Origin: Candidatus Bathyarchaeota archaeon
GTDB lineage: Archaea > Thermoproteota > Bathyarchaeia > TCS64
Length of the DNA stretch: 64,000 nt
Reading direction: 5' to 3'
Assembly (NCBI GenBank): GCA_963771885.1
Contig: CAVYVF010000002.1
Location: forward strand, 224,001 to 288,000
This document shows, piece by piece, positions 1 through 10,058 of this stretch. Numbering within the stretch: position 1 is the stretch's first letter; every line of letters starts with the position of its first letter. Under the pieces are notes generated by a model. It did not search any database, was not told the origin of the DNA, and saw only the letters and a list, made by a program, of their open reading frames with translations. Position numbers and translations under genes: made by a program.

Positions 1-920
1 CAGACGAGGCCTTTGAGATCGCTACTATCGCTGGCTCCACCATGGGCGGCGTTGAGGCGGACCGCGTCATGGTCGAGGAGCTCAAGACTGTCCTGGCCTC
101 CTTCGACGCGGATGGAATCATCCTCGTGACCGATGGATTCGCCGACGACGTCATGAAACCCATCCTCCAGAGCCGCGTCCCCGTGACGAGCGTACACCAC
201 GTCATCGTCAAGCACAGTGAGAGAATAGAGGAGACCTACGCCGTCTTCGGCAAGTATCTGCGTATGATAATCGACGACCCCTATTACTCCCGCATTGCGC
301 TAGGGGTCCCCGGAATACTACTACTCATCTATGGTTTCCTCATCGCCTCCAACCAGCTACAGAACGCTGGTGTCGCCGTCGTCTTCGTCCTCGGCGTCGT
401 ATTCTTCCTAAAGGGCTTCGGCATCTATGACCGGATATTAACCTTCAAGCCCAAGCTACCGCCACCCGAGGAACAGCCGATGTACGTCGCACGCATCATA
501 GGCGGGATACTGTCTATAATAGGAATATATCAGGGGCTCAGCTCAGCGATAGGCATCGTACCGACGCCGGTCCTACTCGGCGATATTGGCTGGTGGGCGG
601 GTATGCTGCCCGTGTTCATTTCAGAGTTCACCCTAAAGGGCATCGACCTGTTAATGCTCGGCTTCGGCGTTTACCTTATCGGCGGTGCCATCTTCCACTA
701 CCTCGCTAAGGACGAACTAATAGGACAGAGCATCGTCAGCCTCAACCTCGCCTTCTGGGTTTGGTTGATTTTGAGAGAATCAGCGGAGATACTAAAGAAC
801 CCACAGATAGAGATTACATTCTGGTCGCCACTAATCTTCTACACCTTCGCAAGCATACTCACCACAGTTATACTCGTATTCATAACTTACAGACGGTACA
901 AACGACTACCATTTACATAG
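1..920 (+). CDS. DUF373 family membrane protein (5' truncated by window)
   Basis: ORF 42-920 open from the window start; 'VTDGFADD', 'HSERIEETY' and several hydrophobic segments; usual archaeal position upstream of uppS. Confidence 0.8.
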   Translation, partial: DEAFEIATIAGSTMGGVEADRVMVEELKTVLASFDADGIILVTDGFADDVMKPILQSRVPVTSVHHVIVKHSERIEETYAVFGKYLRMIIDDPYYSRIALGVPGILLLIYGFLIASNQLQNAGVAVVFVLGVVFFLKGFGIYDRILTFKPKLPPPEEQPMYVARIIGGILSIIGIYQGLSSAIGIVPTPVLLGDIGWWAGMLPVFISEFTLKGIDLLMLGFGVYLIGGAIFHYLAKDELIGQSIVSLNLAFWVWLILRESAEILKNPQIEITFWSPLIFYTFASILTTVILVFITYRRYKRLPFT

Positions 921-973
921 GCGGATAATTTAGTCAAGGTTTAAACGGGGTCACCACTCCCCTACTGTGAAGA

Positions 974-1759
974 ATGATGCTCAAGGACCTACTCACAGCC
1001 ATAGGCGTGTACCAGGTCTACGGGCGCTGGCTAAAGATGCAGCTAAATGAAGCTGATATGCCGCGCCATGTCGGCATCATCCTAGACGGCAACAGACGAT
1101 GGGCGCGCGGCCAGAACATGAGCCCATGGGAGGGACACTGGGCGGGCGGAGATCACGTAAAAGAGTTCCTAGAGTGGTGCCTCAACCTCAACATAAACAC
1201 TATAACCCTCTACGCCTTCTCCACCGAGAACTTCAAACGCGACTCGAAGGAAGTCGAGGAGCTCATGAAAGTCTACGAGAAGGCACTCCACGACGTGCTA
1301 GCCTCAGATGTAATCGAAAAGTATAGCGTCCGCGTCACCGCCATAGGGCGCAGGAACCTCCTACCCGAGAACATCCAGAGCCTCATCGGTGAGGTCGAGG
1401 AGCGCACAATAGCGAATGACAAGTTCTACCTCAACGTCGCCCTCGCCTACGGCGGGCGCGCAGAGATAGTCGACGCTACCCGGGAACTAGCCGAGCTTGT
1501 CAAGCAGGGGAAACTCGAACCCGGAGAGATAAACGAGGATCTAATCGGGAAACACCTCTACACCAAACACCTCCCCCAGCAGGAGCCCGACCTAATAATC
1601 AGAACCGGCAACGAGTCCCGCCTCAGCAACTTCCTCCTCTGGCAGGCTGCATACAGTGAGCTATTCATCGTCGACGTCTACTGGCCCGACTTCAGGGAGA
1701 TCGACCTACAGAGGGTAATAAGGGACTACCAGAGGCGAAACAGGCGATACGGGAAATAG
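974..1759 (+). CDS. uppS: cis-prenyltransferase (polyprenyl diphosphate synthase)
   Basis: Motifs HVGIILDGNRRWA, YAFSTENFKR, IRTGNESRLSNFLLWQ, RRYG. Confidence 0.95.
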   Translation: MMLKDLLTAIGVYQVYGRWLKMQLNEADMPRHVGIILDGNRRWARGQNMSPWEGHWAGGDHVKEFLEWCLNLNINTITLYAFSTENFKRDSKEVEELMKVYEKALHDVLASDVIEKYSVRVTAIGRRNLLPENIQSLIGEVEERTIANDKFYLNVALAYGGRAEIVDATRELAELVKQGKLEPGEINEDLIGKHLYTKHLPQQEPDLIIRTGNESRLSNFLLWQAAYSELFIVDVYWPDFREIDLQRVIRDYQRRNRRYGK

Positions 1760-2830
1760 CTAGAAGATAGCATTCTCGATATCCCTTGGGAACTTCGTGA
1801 GTCTCTTGGCACCGCTCTCGGTTATCTGCACAGAGTCCTCTATCCTCACGCCGCCATATCCGCGAATGTAGACGCCCGGCTCGTCCGACACGACGTTACC
1901 CTCGACAAGCTTCCCCGTACCCCTCTGGCTCACCGATGGAGGCTCATGTATCTCAAGCCCAATACCGTGCCCAAGAGAGTGGATATAGTTGGCGCCGAAA
2001 CCCGCCTCCTCGATGACCTTCCGGGAGACTGAGTCAACATCCTTGCAGCCAGCCCCAGGTTTCATCACGGAGAACGCCTCATCGTGTGAGCGTAGAACCG
2101 TATCATACAGCCTCCGCTTCTTCTCGTCGGGTCTCCCCGCGATGAACGTCCTCGTGATGTCAGAACAGTAACCCCTGTAACACGCGCCAATATCGACCAC
2201 TATCATGTCACCTTTCACAATCTTTCTCTCGGTGCTTGACGCATGAGGGTAGGCAGATCGAGGACCCGAACCCACAGTAAACTCAAACGCGTGCGCCTCA
2301 GCACCCTCCCTCATCATCGCATAACTCGCCTCAGCAGCCAGTTGGTTCTCCGTGACGCCGACGGCAAGTTTCTCCCCCAGCGACTCCATAGCAGCATCTG
2401 CGAGCCTCCCAGCCTCAGCCATCAACTTCAACTCACCCGAGTCCTTCACACTCCTCTGCTCCCACACAACATCCTGATCTTGTCTAAAAACAATCTCAGG
2501 GAGCCTAAGCTCGACACGATCAAGAAATGCAATTGGGAGTTCGTCGAAGCCCACGACGGATGCGTGACTCCCCCTCAACAACTCAGCCAACCTGTTGAGA
2601 AGGCAGGAAGCCGTGAACGTCTCAACCGTGCAGTCCCCCACCGTATCCCGCGTAACATTCTCATCGAGGGAGGAGACAAGTAACAAGGGATCGATGTCAC
2701 TCGCCACGACGAGATAACTTCCCCCTATACTACCCGTATAATACCTGACATTCGGAGACCTCGCCGCCACAAATGCATCGAGCCCGTGTTCGCCTAGTTT
2801 ATCTGCTAGTTTGACGATCCTGCTGGGCAT
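1760..2830 (-). CDS. Xaa-Pro peptidase, M24 family
   Basis: YCSDITRT, HSLGHGIGLEIHE, EPGVY, GVRIED; likely ATG at 2830 (MPSRIVK). Confidence 0.9.
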   Translation of the reverse strand: MPSRIVKLADKLGEHGLDAFVAARSPNVRYYTGSIGGSYLVVASDIDPLLLVSSLDENVTRDTVGDCTVETFTASCLLNRLAELLRGSHASVVGFDELPIAFLDRVELRLPEIVFRQDQDVVWEQRSVKDSGELKLMAEAGRLADAAMESLGEKLAVGVTENQLAAEASYAMMREGAEAHAFEFTVGSGPRSAYPHASSTERKIVKGDMIVVDIGACYRGYCSDITRTFIAGRPDEKKRRLYDTVLRSHDEAFSVMKPGAGCKDVDSVSRKVIEEAGFGANYIHSLGHGIGLEIHEPPSVSQRGTGKLVEGNVVSDEPGVYIRGYGGVRIEDSVQITESGAKRLTKFPRDIENAIF

Positions 2831-3083
2831 ATCTATTCTCTGGTAGGGAAGGTTTAAAAAAGCGACGAAGCATATGATGTTCTCATCTGATGAGAGTAAC
2901 CTCCACGGGAGACGATGAACATCAACCATAATCCAACAATAATACGTAATAATACTGCACAAAATAGGCTCATCCCGAACATCAGACTTGAATTATTCAC
3001 AGGATTATGGCAATACAACAAGTCACCCGGGAACAGTTGCCCAGTCAGATGAGGGATCAGTTTACCAATAGAGGGGAAGGAAC

Positions 3084-6000
3084 ACGGTATACATTAGTAA
3101 GATACTGGTCAAGAACTTCAAGTCGTTCGGTGGCCAGATCAAGCTTAACTTCCAACCCGGGTTCAACGTCATAACCGGTCCCAACGGTAGCGGAAAGAGC
3201 AACATCATCGACGCCGTCCAGTTCGTCCTCGGCGAACTCGCCTCGAAAAGGATGAGGGTACCCGACTTCTCCGGACTCATCTACGACGGCGCAGGCGAAG
3301 AGGACCAGAACAAGCCACAGGTCTCCCAGGTCACTATCTACTTTGATAACGCGGATAGGGGGCTAGCCTCCGACAGGAGTCAGGTCAGCATTGGTAGAAA
3401 GGTCGACCGAGAGGGCAAGAGTGACTACTTCCTCAACGGGAAGCGGACGAGCCGCAAGGCGGTGCTTGACCTACTCCACTTAGCCGGTATCACTCCTGGC
3501 GGCTACAACATCGTCCTCCAAGGCACTGCAACTCGGCTGAGCGACCTGTCTCCCAGCGAGCGCATGGACGCCCTCGAGGATCTCATCGGCATAAAGGAGT
3601 ACGATGAGAAGAAAGCCGAGGCTAAGGGCAAGCTTACTGAGGCGGAGAGAAAGATCGAGGTCTCCGCGGCCCGCATCGACGAGGTTAGGAAGAGGGTCAC
3701 CGAGCTTGAGCGCCAGAGGAATGACGCCCTCAGGTTCAACCACCTAACCCGCGAGGAGAAGCGTCTCACTGCCCAGAAGCTCAGCTTCCAGATCAACCAG
3801 CTCGAGGAGAAGCTCGGCGTCCTCATGGCACAAATGAGGGAGCGCGAGACGGAGGCAGCAAAGCTTGAGGAGGAAAAGACCCAACTCAGAGAGGAGAGGG
3901 AGGCCGCCCGCAACAGGATAGAGGAATTCAACCGCGAAGCCTCCGAACGCGGCAACACGCGCCTCCCTATGTTGAGATCGAACCTCGTAAGCCGACAGAC
4001 ACTCAGGACGGGGCTCACGAACCGCCTCAAGCAGATCGAGACTCGCAACTCACAGCTCGCCAACCTCATCGCCCAGAAGGAGCACGAGCTAAAGGTCAGC
4101 GAGGAGGAGATCGAGGAGAGGAAGAAGAGCCTAGAATCCCTCAAGGCGTCCGAGGCGCAGATAATCGAGCAACTCGCCCCAAATAGACGCGAGCTAGAAG
4201 GATACGCGGGTATAATCAACAATGCCCGCCAATCCGCAGGAGAAAACCAGAGGCAATACGAGAAGCTCACGGAAGGCACGATGCCGATGCAGGAGAGCCT
4301 GAGCGGCATAGAGATTGAAATCAACAGTGTAAGAAGCAGCATCGCGACGATGGGGGACAAGGTTTCAGGTCTCGAGGAACGCAAGGTCGATTTCCAGAAG
4401 ACCATCGAGAGTCTCAACGCAAAGCTCGGGGAATACGCCTCACTCAAAGCCCAGGAGGCGAAGCGCCTCGAGGACATGCTGGGCAACATCGAGGGTCAGA
4501 TAAAGCGCCAGCGAGACCTCCGCAGCACGATCGAGAAGGCGAACGACCTCGCAAAGGAAGTCGAGACCACACTCACTGAGTTCTCGGCAAAGCGCGACCT
4601 CTGGCGCCACGTGATTGTAGAGGAGCGCGCCCTTGAGAGGATCAGGGAGATCGGAGAGGCCGGCGCACTCAATGGCTACCACGGTATGCTGCGCAGGCTG
4701 ATAAAGGTCGATCTACCAAACCAGCGCGCTGTTTACTCCGCTGCCGAGACTTGGATCAACGCAGTAGTCGTCGACGATACAGCGACCGTACTTGATTGCA
4801 TCGATAGGCTCAAGAAGACAAAGTTCGGCGTCTGCAAGTTCATAGCGCTTGACCAACTCGGCGCCCCCGAGCCGCTCCCAGCAATAAACGAAGGGGGGAT
4901 CATCGGTCCAGTTTCAGACTTGATCCGCTGCGACGATGTTTACGCTCCCGTCGTCCACCTCATCTGGGGTGACACATACCTAGTAAAGGACGACTCCGCG
5001 GCGCTCAAAGTTGTCGCACAAGGTCATAGAGCAGTAACCACCGCTGGTGACGTATACGAAGCGGGCGGCGGCTTTAAGGGAGGCTTCTACAGGAGGCCCC
5101 CCGACTACGCCAAGCTCATCCCCACAGAAGAGTCCATCGACAACCTCAGCAAGACCATCAAGGATCTCCGTGAGCGTTTGAAGACCCGGATGACGGAGCT
5201 AAAGTCTAGCGGCGGTAGCCTCCGCGGCTTCAACGCCTTCATGGACGGCTCCAAGGAGACCATGACGAAGATAGACGCTGAGGTCGTGGAGACGAATCTG
5301 AGGATCGAGCGCATCCAGAAGAACATAGAGCAGGCTGAAGAGTCTATAACCAAGTACCGCGCCGAGGCAGAACGCCAGAAGGGTCTCATCACGTCACTCG
5401 ACGATAGGAAGCAGCACATTACTCAGCAAATCGAGGAGACAAAGAAGGAGATCGCCAAGCTCAGGGAGTTCAAGCCCAGCGACGTCACCGACCTAGAGAT
5501 AAAGAGCGCCGCTCTCCGCAAGTTCGTTTCGGAGCAGCAGGAGCAGCTAAACAAAGTCCAGAACGAGATCGCCGTCCAGAAGAGCTATATCGAGCGCATA
5601 TTGAGTCTCCGCCTCACCGAGGCATCCGAGCAGAGGCGCAGGATGCTCGAGGAGGTCAAGTCACTCGAGGACGAGCAGATAACCTCTAACCAGCGCCTCA
5701 TCGAGTCCGGCAGGGAGATCGAGACTCTGGAGCGCGACCTCGACACCATCTCCACCGAGGTAGAGGCGACCAGCAAAGTTCTCGACCAGCACCAGAAGAC
5801 ACTCCGCATGGTCAACCAGCGCATAGAGGACCTTGAGAGGCGGCGCGAGGCCGAGGATAAAAGAATTAACCAACTCAGCCTCGACATAGAGCGCCTCAAG
5901 CTGCAGAGCGAGCAGCGACTCGACGAACTCGCCGCGAACGGCTACGAGGACAAAATAGACATCGCCGGTGTGGAGCTAGAGCGGGTCGAGGGACGCCTGC

Positions 6001-6650
6001 AACTCGTCCGCCAGGAAAAGAACGGCCTCGGCGCCGTCAACCAGCTCGCACTCGACCACTACGACGAGTACATGAATAACTACAAGAGCCAGAGCACTAG
6101 GATCAACGAGCTCGAGGAAGAGAAGGCGGGTATCCTCAAGTTCATCGAGCAGGTGGAGAAGGACAAGACCGCCCACTTCATGGCCGCATTCAACGAGGTG
6201 TGCGAAAACTTCAGCCACCTCTTCAGCCGCGTCACGGGCGGCGGCGATGGTAGGCTCGAGCTCCAGAAGCCCGAGGACCCATTCAGTGGAGGCGTAGACC
6301 TCTACCTGCAGTTCCCAGGTAAGCCCATGAGGCTTGGCAGCGGCGCTTCAGGCGGCGAGCGCTCAGTCGCAGCTATTGCCTACCTCCTAGCAATCCAGAG
6401 ATTCCTCAAAGCCCCCTTCTACCTCTTCGATGAGATAGATGCCCACCTCGACGACCTCAACACGAGCAGACTCGCCGAAGTCCTCAAGGACACAAGCAAC
6501 GAAGCACAGTTCCTCATGGTCAGCCTCAAGGACGTGATGGTTCACAAGGCGGACCGCATCTACGGCGTATTCGCACAGGGTGGGAAGAGCCGCGTCCTCG
6601 CCCTCCCCATGAAGGGGCTGCAAAAGGTCGAGGAGACGACTCCGCCTTGA
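3084..6650 (+). CDS. smc: Chromosome segregation protein SMC
   Basis: Frame extends upstream of the ORF-track ATG: VYISKILVKNFKSF...GPNGSGKSNIIDA (Walker A); coiled coils; hinge GDVYEAGGGFKGG; SGGE signature; Walker B LFDEIDAHLD. Start appears to be ACG at 3084. Confidence 0.95.
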   Translation, partial: TVYISKILVKNFKSFGGQIKLNFQPGFNVITGPNGSGKSNIIDAVQFVLGELASKRMRVPDFSGLIYDGAGEEDQNKPQVSQVTIYFDNADRGLASDRSQVSIGRKVDREGKSDYFLNGKRTSRKAVLDLLHLAGITPGGYNIVLQGTATRLSDLSPSERMDALEDLIGIKEYDEKKAEAKGKLTEAERKIEVSAARIDEVRKRVTELERQRNDALRFNHLTREEKRLTAQKLSFQINQLEEKLGVLMAQMRERETEAAKLEEEKTQLREEREAARNRIEEFNREASERGNTRLPMLRSNLVSRQTLRTGLTNRLKQIETRNSQLANLIAQKEHELKVSEEEIEERKKSLESLKASEAQIIEQLAPNRRELEGYAGIINNARQSAGENQRQYEKLTEGTMPMQESLSGIEIEINSVRSSIATMGDKVSGLEERKVDFQKTIESLNAKLGEYASLKAQEAKRLEDMLGNIEGQIKRQRDLRSTIEKANDLAKEVETTLTEFSAKRDLWRHVIVEERALERIREIGEAGALNGYHGMLRRLIKVDLPNQRAVYSAAETWINAVVVDDTATVLDCIDRLKKTKFGVCKFIALDQLGAPEPLPAINEGGIIGPVSDLIRCDDVYAPVVHLIWGDTYLVKDDSAALKVVAQGHRAVTTAGDVYEAGGGFKGGFYRRPPDYAKLIPTEESIDNLSKTIKDLRERLKTRMTELKSSGGSLRGFNAFMDGSKETMTKIDAEVVETNLRIERIQKNIEQAEESITKYRAEAERQKGLITSLDDRKQHITQQIEETKKEIAKLREFKPSDVTDLEIKSAALRKFVSEQQEQLNKVQNEIAVQKSYIERILSLRLTEASEQRRRMLEEVKSLEDEQITSNQRLIESGREIETLERDLDTISTEVEATSKVLDQHQKTLRMVNQRIEDLERRREAEDKRINQLSLDIERLKLQSEQRLDELAANGYEDKIDIAGVELERVEGRLQLVRQEKNGLGAVNQLALDHYDEYMNNYKSQSTRINELEEEKAGILKFIEQVEKDKTAHFMAAFNEVCENFSHLFSRVTGGGDGRLELQKPEDPFSGGVDLYLQFPGKPMRLGSGASGGERSVAAIAYLLAIQRFLKAPFYLFDEIDAHLDDLNTSRLAEVLKDTSNEAQFLMVSLKDVMVHKADRIYGVFAQGGKSRVLALPMKGLQKVEETTPP

Positions 6651-7309
6651 CCGAGAGAAAGGAGAAGCCCTATTACCTCCGCCAGCCCTGGGACATACTT
6701 TTCAGGGAGAACAAGCTTGAGAAAATAAGCCCCTGGGACATAAACCTCGTCACACTCCTCACCAGCCTTCTAGAGGAGATGGAACGCGTTGGCATCGACT
6801 ACAGGATAGCGGGCACAGCTGTGAATAGTAGCGTCTACATTTACCTGAAGAAGGCGGAGATGCTCCTCGCAATGGAGGAGCCCCCCGCTCCGCCGATGGA
6901 ACATGGAGATGTCTATCTACCTCCACCGGTGCCGCTTCCCTTCAGGTTCGAGTTCACAACGACCTCAGTGCAGGACCTCATCAATGCGCTTGAGCGCGCC
7001 CTTCAAGAAGAGAGCAGCCGCGGTGAAGTTCCACGCCTTCCGACGCTGCCAATACCGATCCCCAACTTCCTCGACTTCGAGACCTACCTCCTCGAAGTGG
7101 AGGCTCGGAGTGACGAGCTGCTGGAGAAGATGAAGGCGTCGAATGAGACCGAAAACCGCCTGAGCAAGATGATAGCTGGCTTGGGTTGGCTCGAAGCGGT
7201 GAGGTTATTCATGATGCTCCTCTTCCTCGCACAGAGGATGGAGATAGACCTCGACCAGGACGAGGATGAGACGGATGTAACGGTGAGGGTGAGGGTGAAG
7301 AATCTTTGA
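6647..7309 (+). CDS. scpA: Kleisin ScpA
   Basis: PWDINL, YLKKAEMLL, C-terminal winged helix FMMLLFLAQRMEIDLDQ; overlaps the smc stop. Confidence 0.85.
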   Translation: MTERKEKPYYLRQPWDILFRENKLEKISPWDINLVTLLTSLLEEMERVGIDYRIAGTAVNSSVYIYLKKAEMLLAMEEPPAPPMEHGDVYLPPPVPLPFRFEFTTTSVQDLINALERALQEESSRGEVPRLPTLPIPIPNFLDFETYLLEVEARSDELLEKMKASNETENRLSKMIAGLGWLEAVRLFMMLLFLAQRMEIDLDQDEDETDVTVRVRVKNL

Positions 7310-7860
7310 TGTCGGTATCGGAAAAGCGGCAAGTCAAACTGACTGAGCTCGAGGCGGCGCTCTACTCTGCTGGACACCCGCTCGACATGGAGGAGCTTAT
7401 GCAGGCGCTCGGGAGCAGGTCTGAGAAGATGGTGCTACGCTACGTCGAGGAGCTCGCTAAGAAGCTCGACGCACGCGGCGGCGCGCTCGAAGTGAAGAGC
7501 CTCCCCGGCAACAGGGTCGTCATGCAGCTCCGCCCGGAGTACGGGAAGATGGTGCGCCAGTTTACGAACCGGCCTCTCCTCACTGTCGGTCCCCTAAAGA
7601 CCCTCGGGTACATCGCTTACAACCAACCGATCGAGCAGGCGCAGGTCCTCGACTACCGCGGCGTCCACGTCTACACTCAACTGAAGCTGCTGGAGGATAT
7701 GGCACTGATATCTAGGGAGCGCATGGAGAAGGGGGTCATCATAAAGACGACGCCCTTCTTCGCCGACTACTTTGACCTCAGCCCAGACCCGGGGAGGAGT
7801 AGGCTCCAGATAATCGAGCTTTTCAGTAGCCTGCACCCGGAGCTCGTGGCGAGGGGCTAG
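7306..7860 (+). CDS. scpB: KITE subunit ScpB
   Basis: LEAALYSAGHPL, LKTLGYIAYNQPI, TTPFFADYFDL. Confidence 0.88.
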   Translation: MMSVSEKRQVKLTELEAALYSAGHPLDMEELMQALGSRSEKMVLRYVEELAKKLDARGGALEVKSLPGNRVVMQLRPEYGKMVRQFTNRPLLTVGPLKTLGYIAYNQPIEQAQVLDYRGVHVYTQLKLLEDMALISRERMEKGVIIKTTPFFADYFDLSPDPGRSRLQIIELFSSLHPELVARG

Positions 7861-8883
7861 CAGACGCGGGGAATCGGCTCCCCTATCGGCTTTCGGAGTA
7901 TCCTAGTGCCGCCGACCTGCGTCTTCATGAGAACCATGCCGGGGCGCTCGGCTTTGACCTCGCCGATGATTGCGGCATCAACTCCATATTTTGTAGCCTT
8001 AATTGCATCTAGTGCTGCGTCCGCCTTCTCAGGGGCGACGCAGATGACCGCTTTGCCCTCGCATGTGACCTCGTAGGGATCGAGGCCCAGCATATCGCAG
8101 GCGGAGCGGACCGCCTTCTTAACGGGAACCTTACCGTCTTCGAGCCATATGCTCACCTTCGACTTCTCCGCGAACTCGTTGAGGGCAGCAGTAAGGCCCC
8201 CCCTCGTGGCGTCCTTCATCGAGTGGATGCCTCCTACATCTAGAGCGGCGCTGATGGTCTCGACAGATCGGGGAGACGTCTGAGATAAGCTCCGTCTTGA
8301 AGCTGAGCCCACTACGGACGCTCATGAGTGCCGTACCGTGATCTCCAACGGTTCCCGTCACGATGACCCTGTCTCCTGGCTTGGCTTGACTGTCGAGTAT
8401 CCGAGGCCCGTGGAGCACTCCCACGCCCGTTGTGGATATGACGACCCCATCGAGCGAGCCAGCGGGCATAACCTTGAAGTCACCACTAATTATCGCTACG
8501 CCAGCCTCCTCAGCGGCGGCATTCATCGACGCGACGAGCTTCTTCAGGTCGGCGATGGAGTAGCCCTCCTCGACGATTATAGCATCGAGTATGGCGACGG
8601 GGTTCGCACCCATAACAGCTGTGTCGTTTACCGCGCCGCAGACGGCGAGCTTACCCAGGTCCCCGCCAGGGAAGAAGATGGGGTCGACCGTGTGTCCGTC
8701 CATGGTAAGTATGACCTCCTCACCGCCGATCCTGATTGAGGCCCCATCATCAAGTGCGTCGAGAGGGACGCCGTTGAGCGCCTGTCTCCTCGTGAAGCCC
8801 TTGAGGAACAACTCCTTGATGATAGCGTCCATCGCGGTACCGCCGGCGCCGTGGCTGAGCTTTACGAACTCGTCATTCGCCAA
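7857..8883 (-). CDS. hypE: Hydrogenase maturation protein HypE (frameshift near 8265, probably a sequencing error)
   Basis: LSHGAGG, DPIFFPGGDLGKLAVCGAVND, MKDATRGG, C-terminal PRVC; split between ORFs 8131-8883 and 7857-8312. Confidence 0.9.
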
Positions 8884-9035
8884 ACCGATTCTCAGCCATA
8901 TGTTACGCGATGAGAGATATATCTATCCAAAAACGTGTCAATTCAGCAGCATTAAAGCCCCGAAAACCACACCTTTTTTATACCCCGCTCTCAACTACGG
9001 CTATAGCAACTCGGCTCAAATAGGAGGAGCAGGTC

Positions 9036-9419
9036 ACGGTCTGGAACGATACTTTAACAAAGCGCAAGGCGACGGGCGGCAAGAAGAGGCCTTACAGGGC
9101 ACACCGCATCTACGAGGTCGGCAGGCACCCAGTAGAGACACTCGAGGGCGAGCAGAAGCTCAAGACTGTCAGTGGGCGTGCTGGAATCGAGAAGGTGAAG
9201 ATCGTCCGCGCGAACATCGTAAACGTCTCCGACCCAGAGTCTGGGAAGACGGAGAAGCTCGACATCATCGACGTCGTGAGCAACCCCGCGAACGCGGACT
9301 ACAACCGCCGCGGCGTGATCACGAAGGGCACGATAGTGAGGACCGAGAAGGGACTAGCGAGGATCATTAGCCGCCCCGGCCAGACCGGCTCTCTCAGCGC
9401 AGTCGTCTACAAGGAGTAA
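9036..9419 (+). CDS. rps8e: 30S ribosomal protein S8e
   Basis: Manual translation VWNDTLTKRKATGGKKRPYR...NPANADYNRRGVITKG...SRPGQTG; SD AGGAGG at 9022; no canonical start. Confidence 0.92.
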   Translation, partial: TVWNDTLTKRKATGGKKRPYRAHRIYEVGRHPVETLEGEQKLKTVSGRAGIEKVKIVRANIVNVSDPESGKTEKLDIIDVVSNPANADYNRRGVITKGTIVRTEKGLARIISRPGQTGSLSAVVYKE

Positions 9420-9441
9420 GCTTTTTTCGCCCACGCCCCCC

Positions 9442-9744
9442 TTGGGGGCTAGGTGCTCAGCTTGCAGATCAAAGGGTAAAATAATTCTCTGGCCTATCTA
9501 CTTCGACTCCACAGTTTCATGGAGCAACGGCCGTCGTGTGCCAAAGGTGAATGCTATTCGAGCGCCGAAGACCGAGGACATTGTTAAGGCAGCCGTATCG
9601 GCGGGACTCAAGGCTGAGCTCCAGCCAAACGTCGCCCACCCTCGCTACCCCTTCATTAAATCGGGTTACGTCCTCGTTGACACCAAGGAGCCTAAGGAGA
9701 AGGTCATCAAGCTGATAGCTAGCAAACTGCCCCGCGGCAACTAA
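9442..9744 (+). CDS. srp19: Signal recognition particle 19 kDa protein
   Basis: IILWPIYFDS...GRRVPK...HPRYP; true start may be TTG 9462 with a 1-nt insertion. Confidence 0.88.
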   Translation: MGARCSACRSKGKIILWPIYFDSTVSWSNGRRVPKVNAIRAPKTEDIVKAAVSAGLKAELQPNVAHPRYPFIKSGYVLVDTKEPKEKVIKLIASKLPRGN

Positions 9745-9785
9745 TTCACCCAACGATTATAAGTCTCCCAGACACCGCTTAACGC

Positions 9786-10058
9786 GTGCCCCCAAGAGAG
9801 GAACAGCGAAAACCGCACAGCATAGGCACCGTCATGCATGTCTCCAAGAGTACGGGTCAGCTCATCGTCAGAGCCAAGGAGGAGGCTAGCATAGGCGACT
9901 TCGTCTACGACTCAAAGCGCAAGCGCGTTGGCGTTGTCTTCGACTTCTTCGGTCCAGTCGACGGTCCTTACATCGCCGTCAAGCCGCATGGAGATCCCGC
10001 CGCTTTCGTTGGCGCCGAGCTCTATGTCGAGGAGAGACGTAGGGAAAGGCGACGCTAA
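9786..10058 (+). CDS. gar1: H/ACA RNP subunit Gar1/Naf1
   Basis: IGTVMHVSKS...VGVVFDFFGPVDGPYIAVKP. Confidence 0.85.
   Translation: MPPREEQRKPHSIGTVMHVSKSTGQLIVRAKEEASIGDFVYDSKRKRVGVVFDFFGPVDGPYIAVKPHGDPAAFVGAELYVEERRRERRR

Noticed and set aside
2900..2913. CTCCACGGGAGAC as an ORB upstream of smc
   Set aside because: Three mismatches to the core, no G-rich tail, single copy
3503..4489. Long antisense ORFs (also 40920-41648, 46277-47017, 52174-53196 off-frame, 60101-60976)
   Set aside because: Shadow ORFs overlapping well-supported genes in GC-rich DNA, with no recognisable motifs
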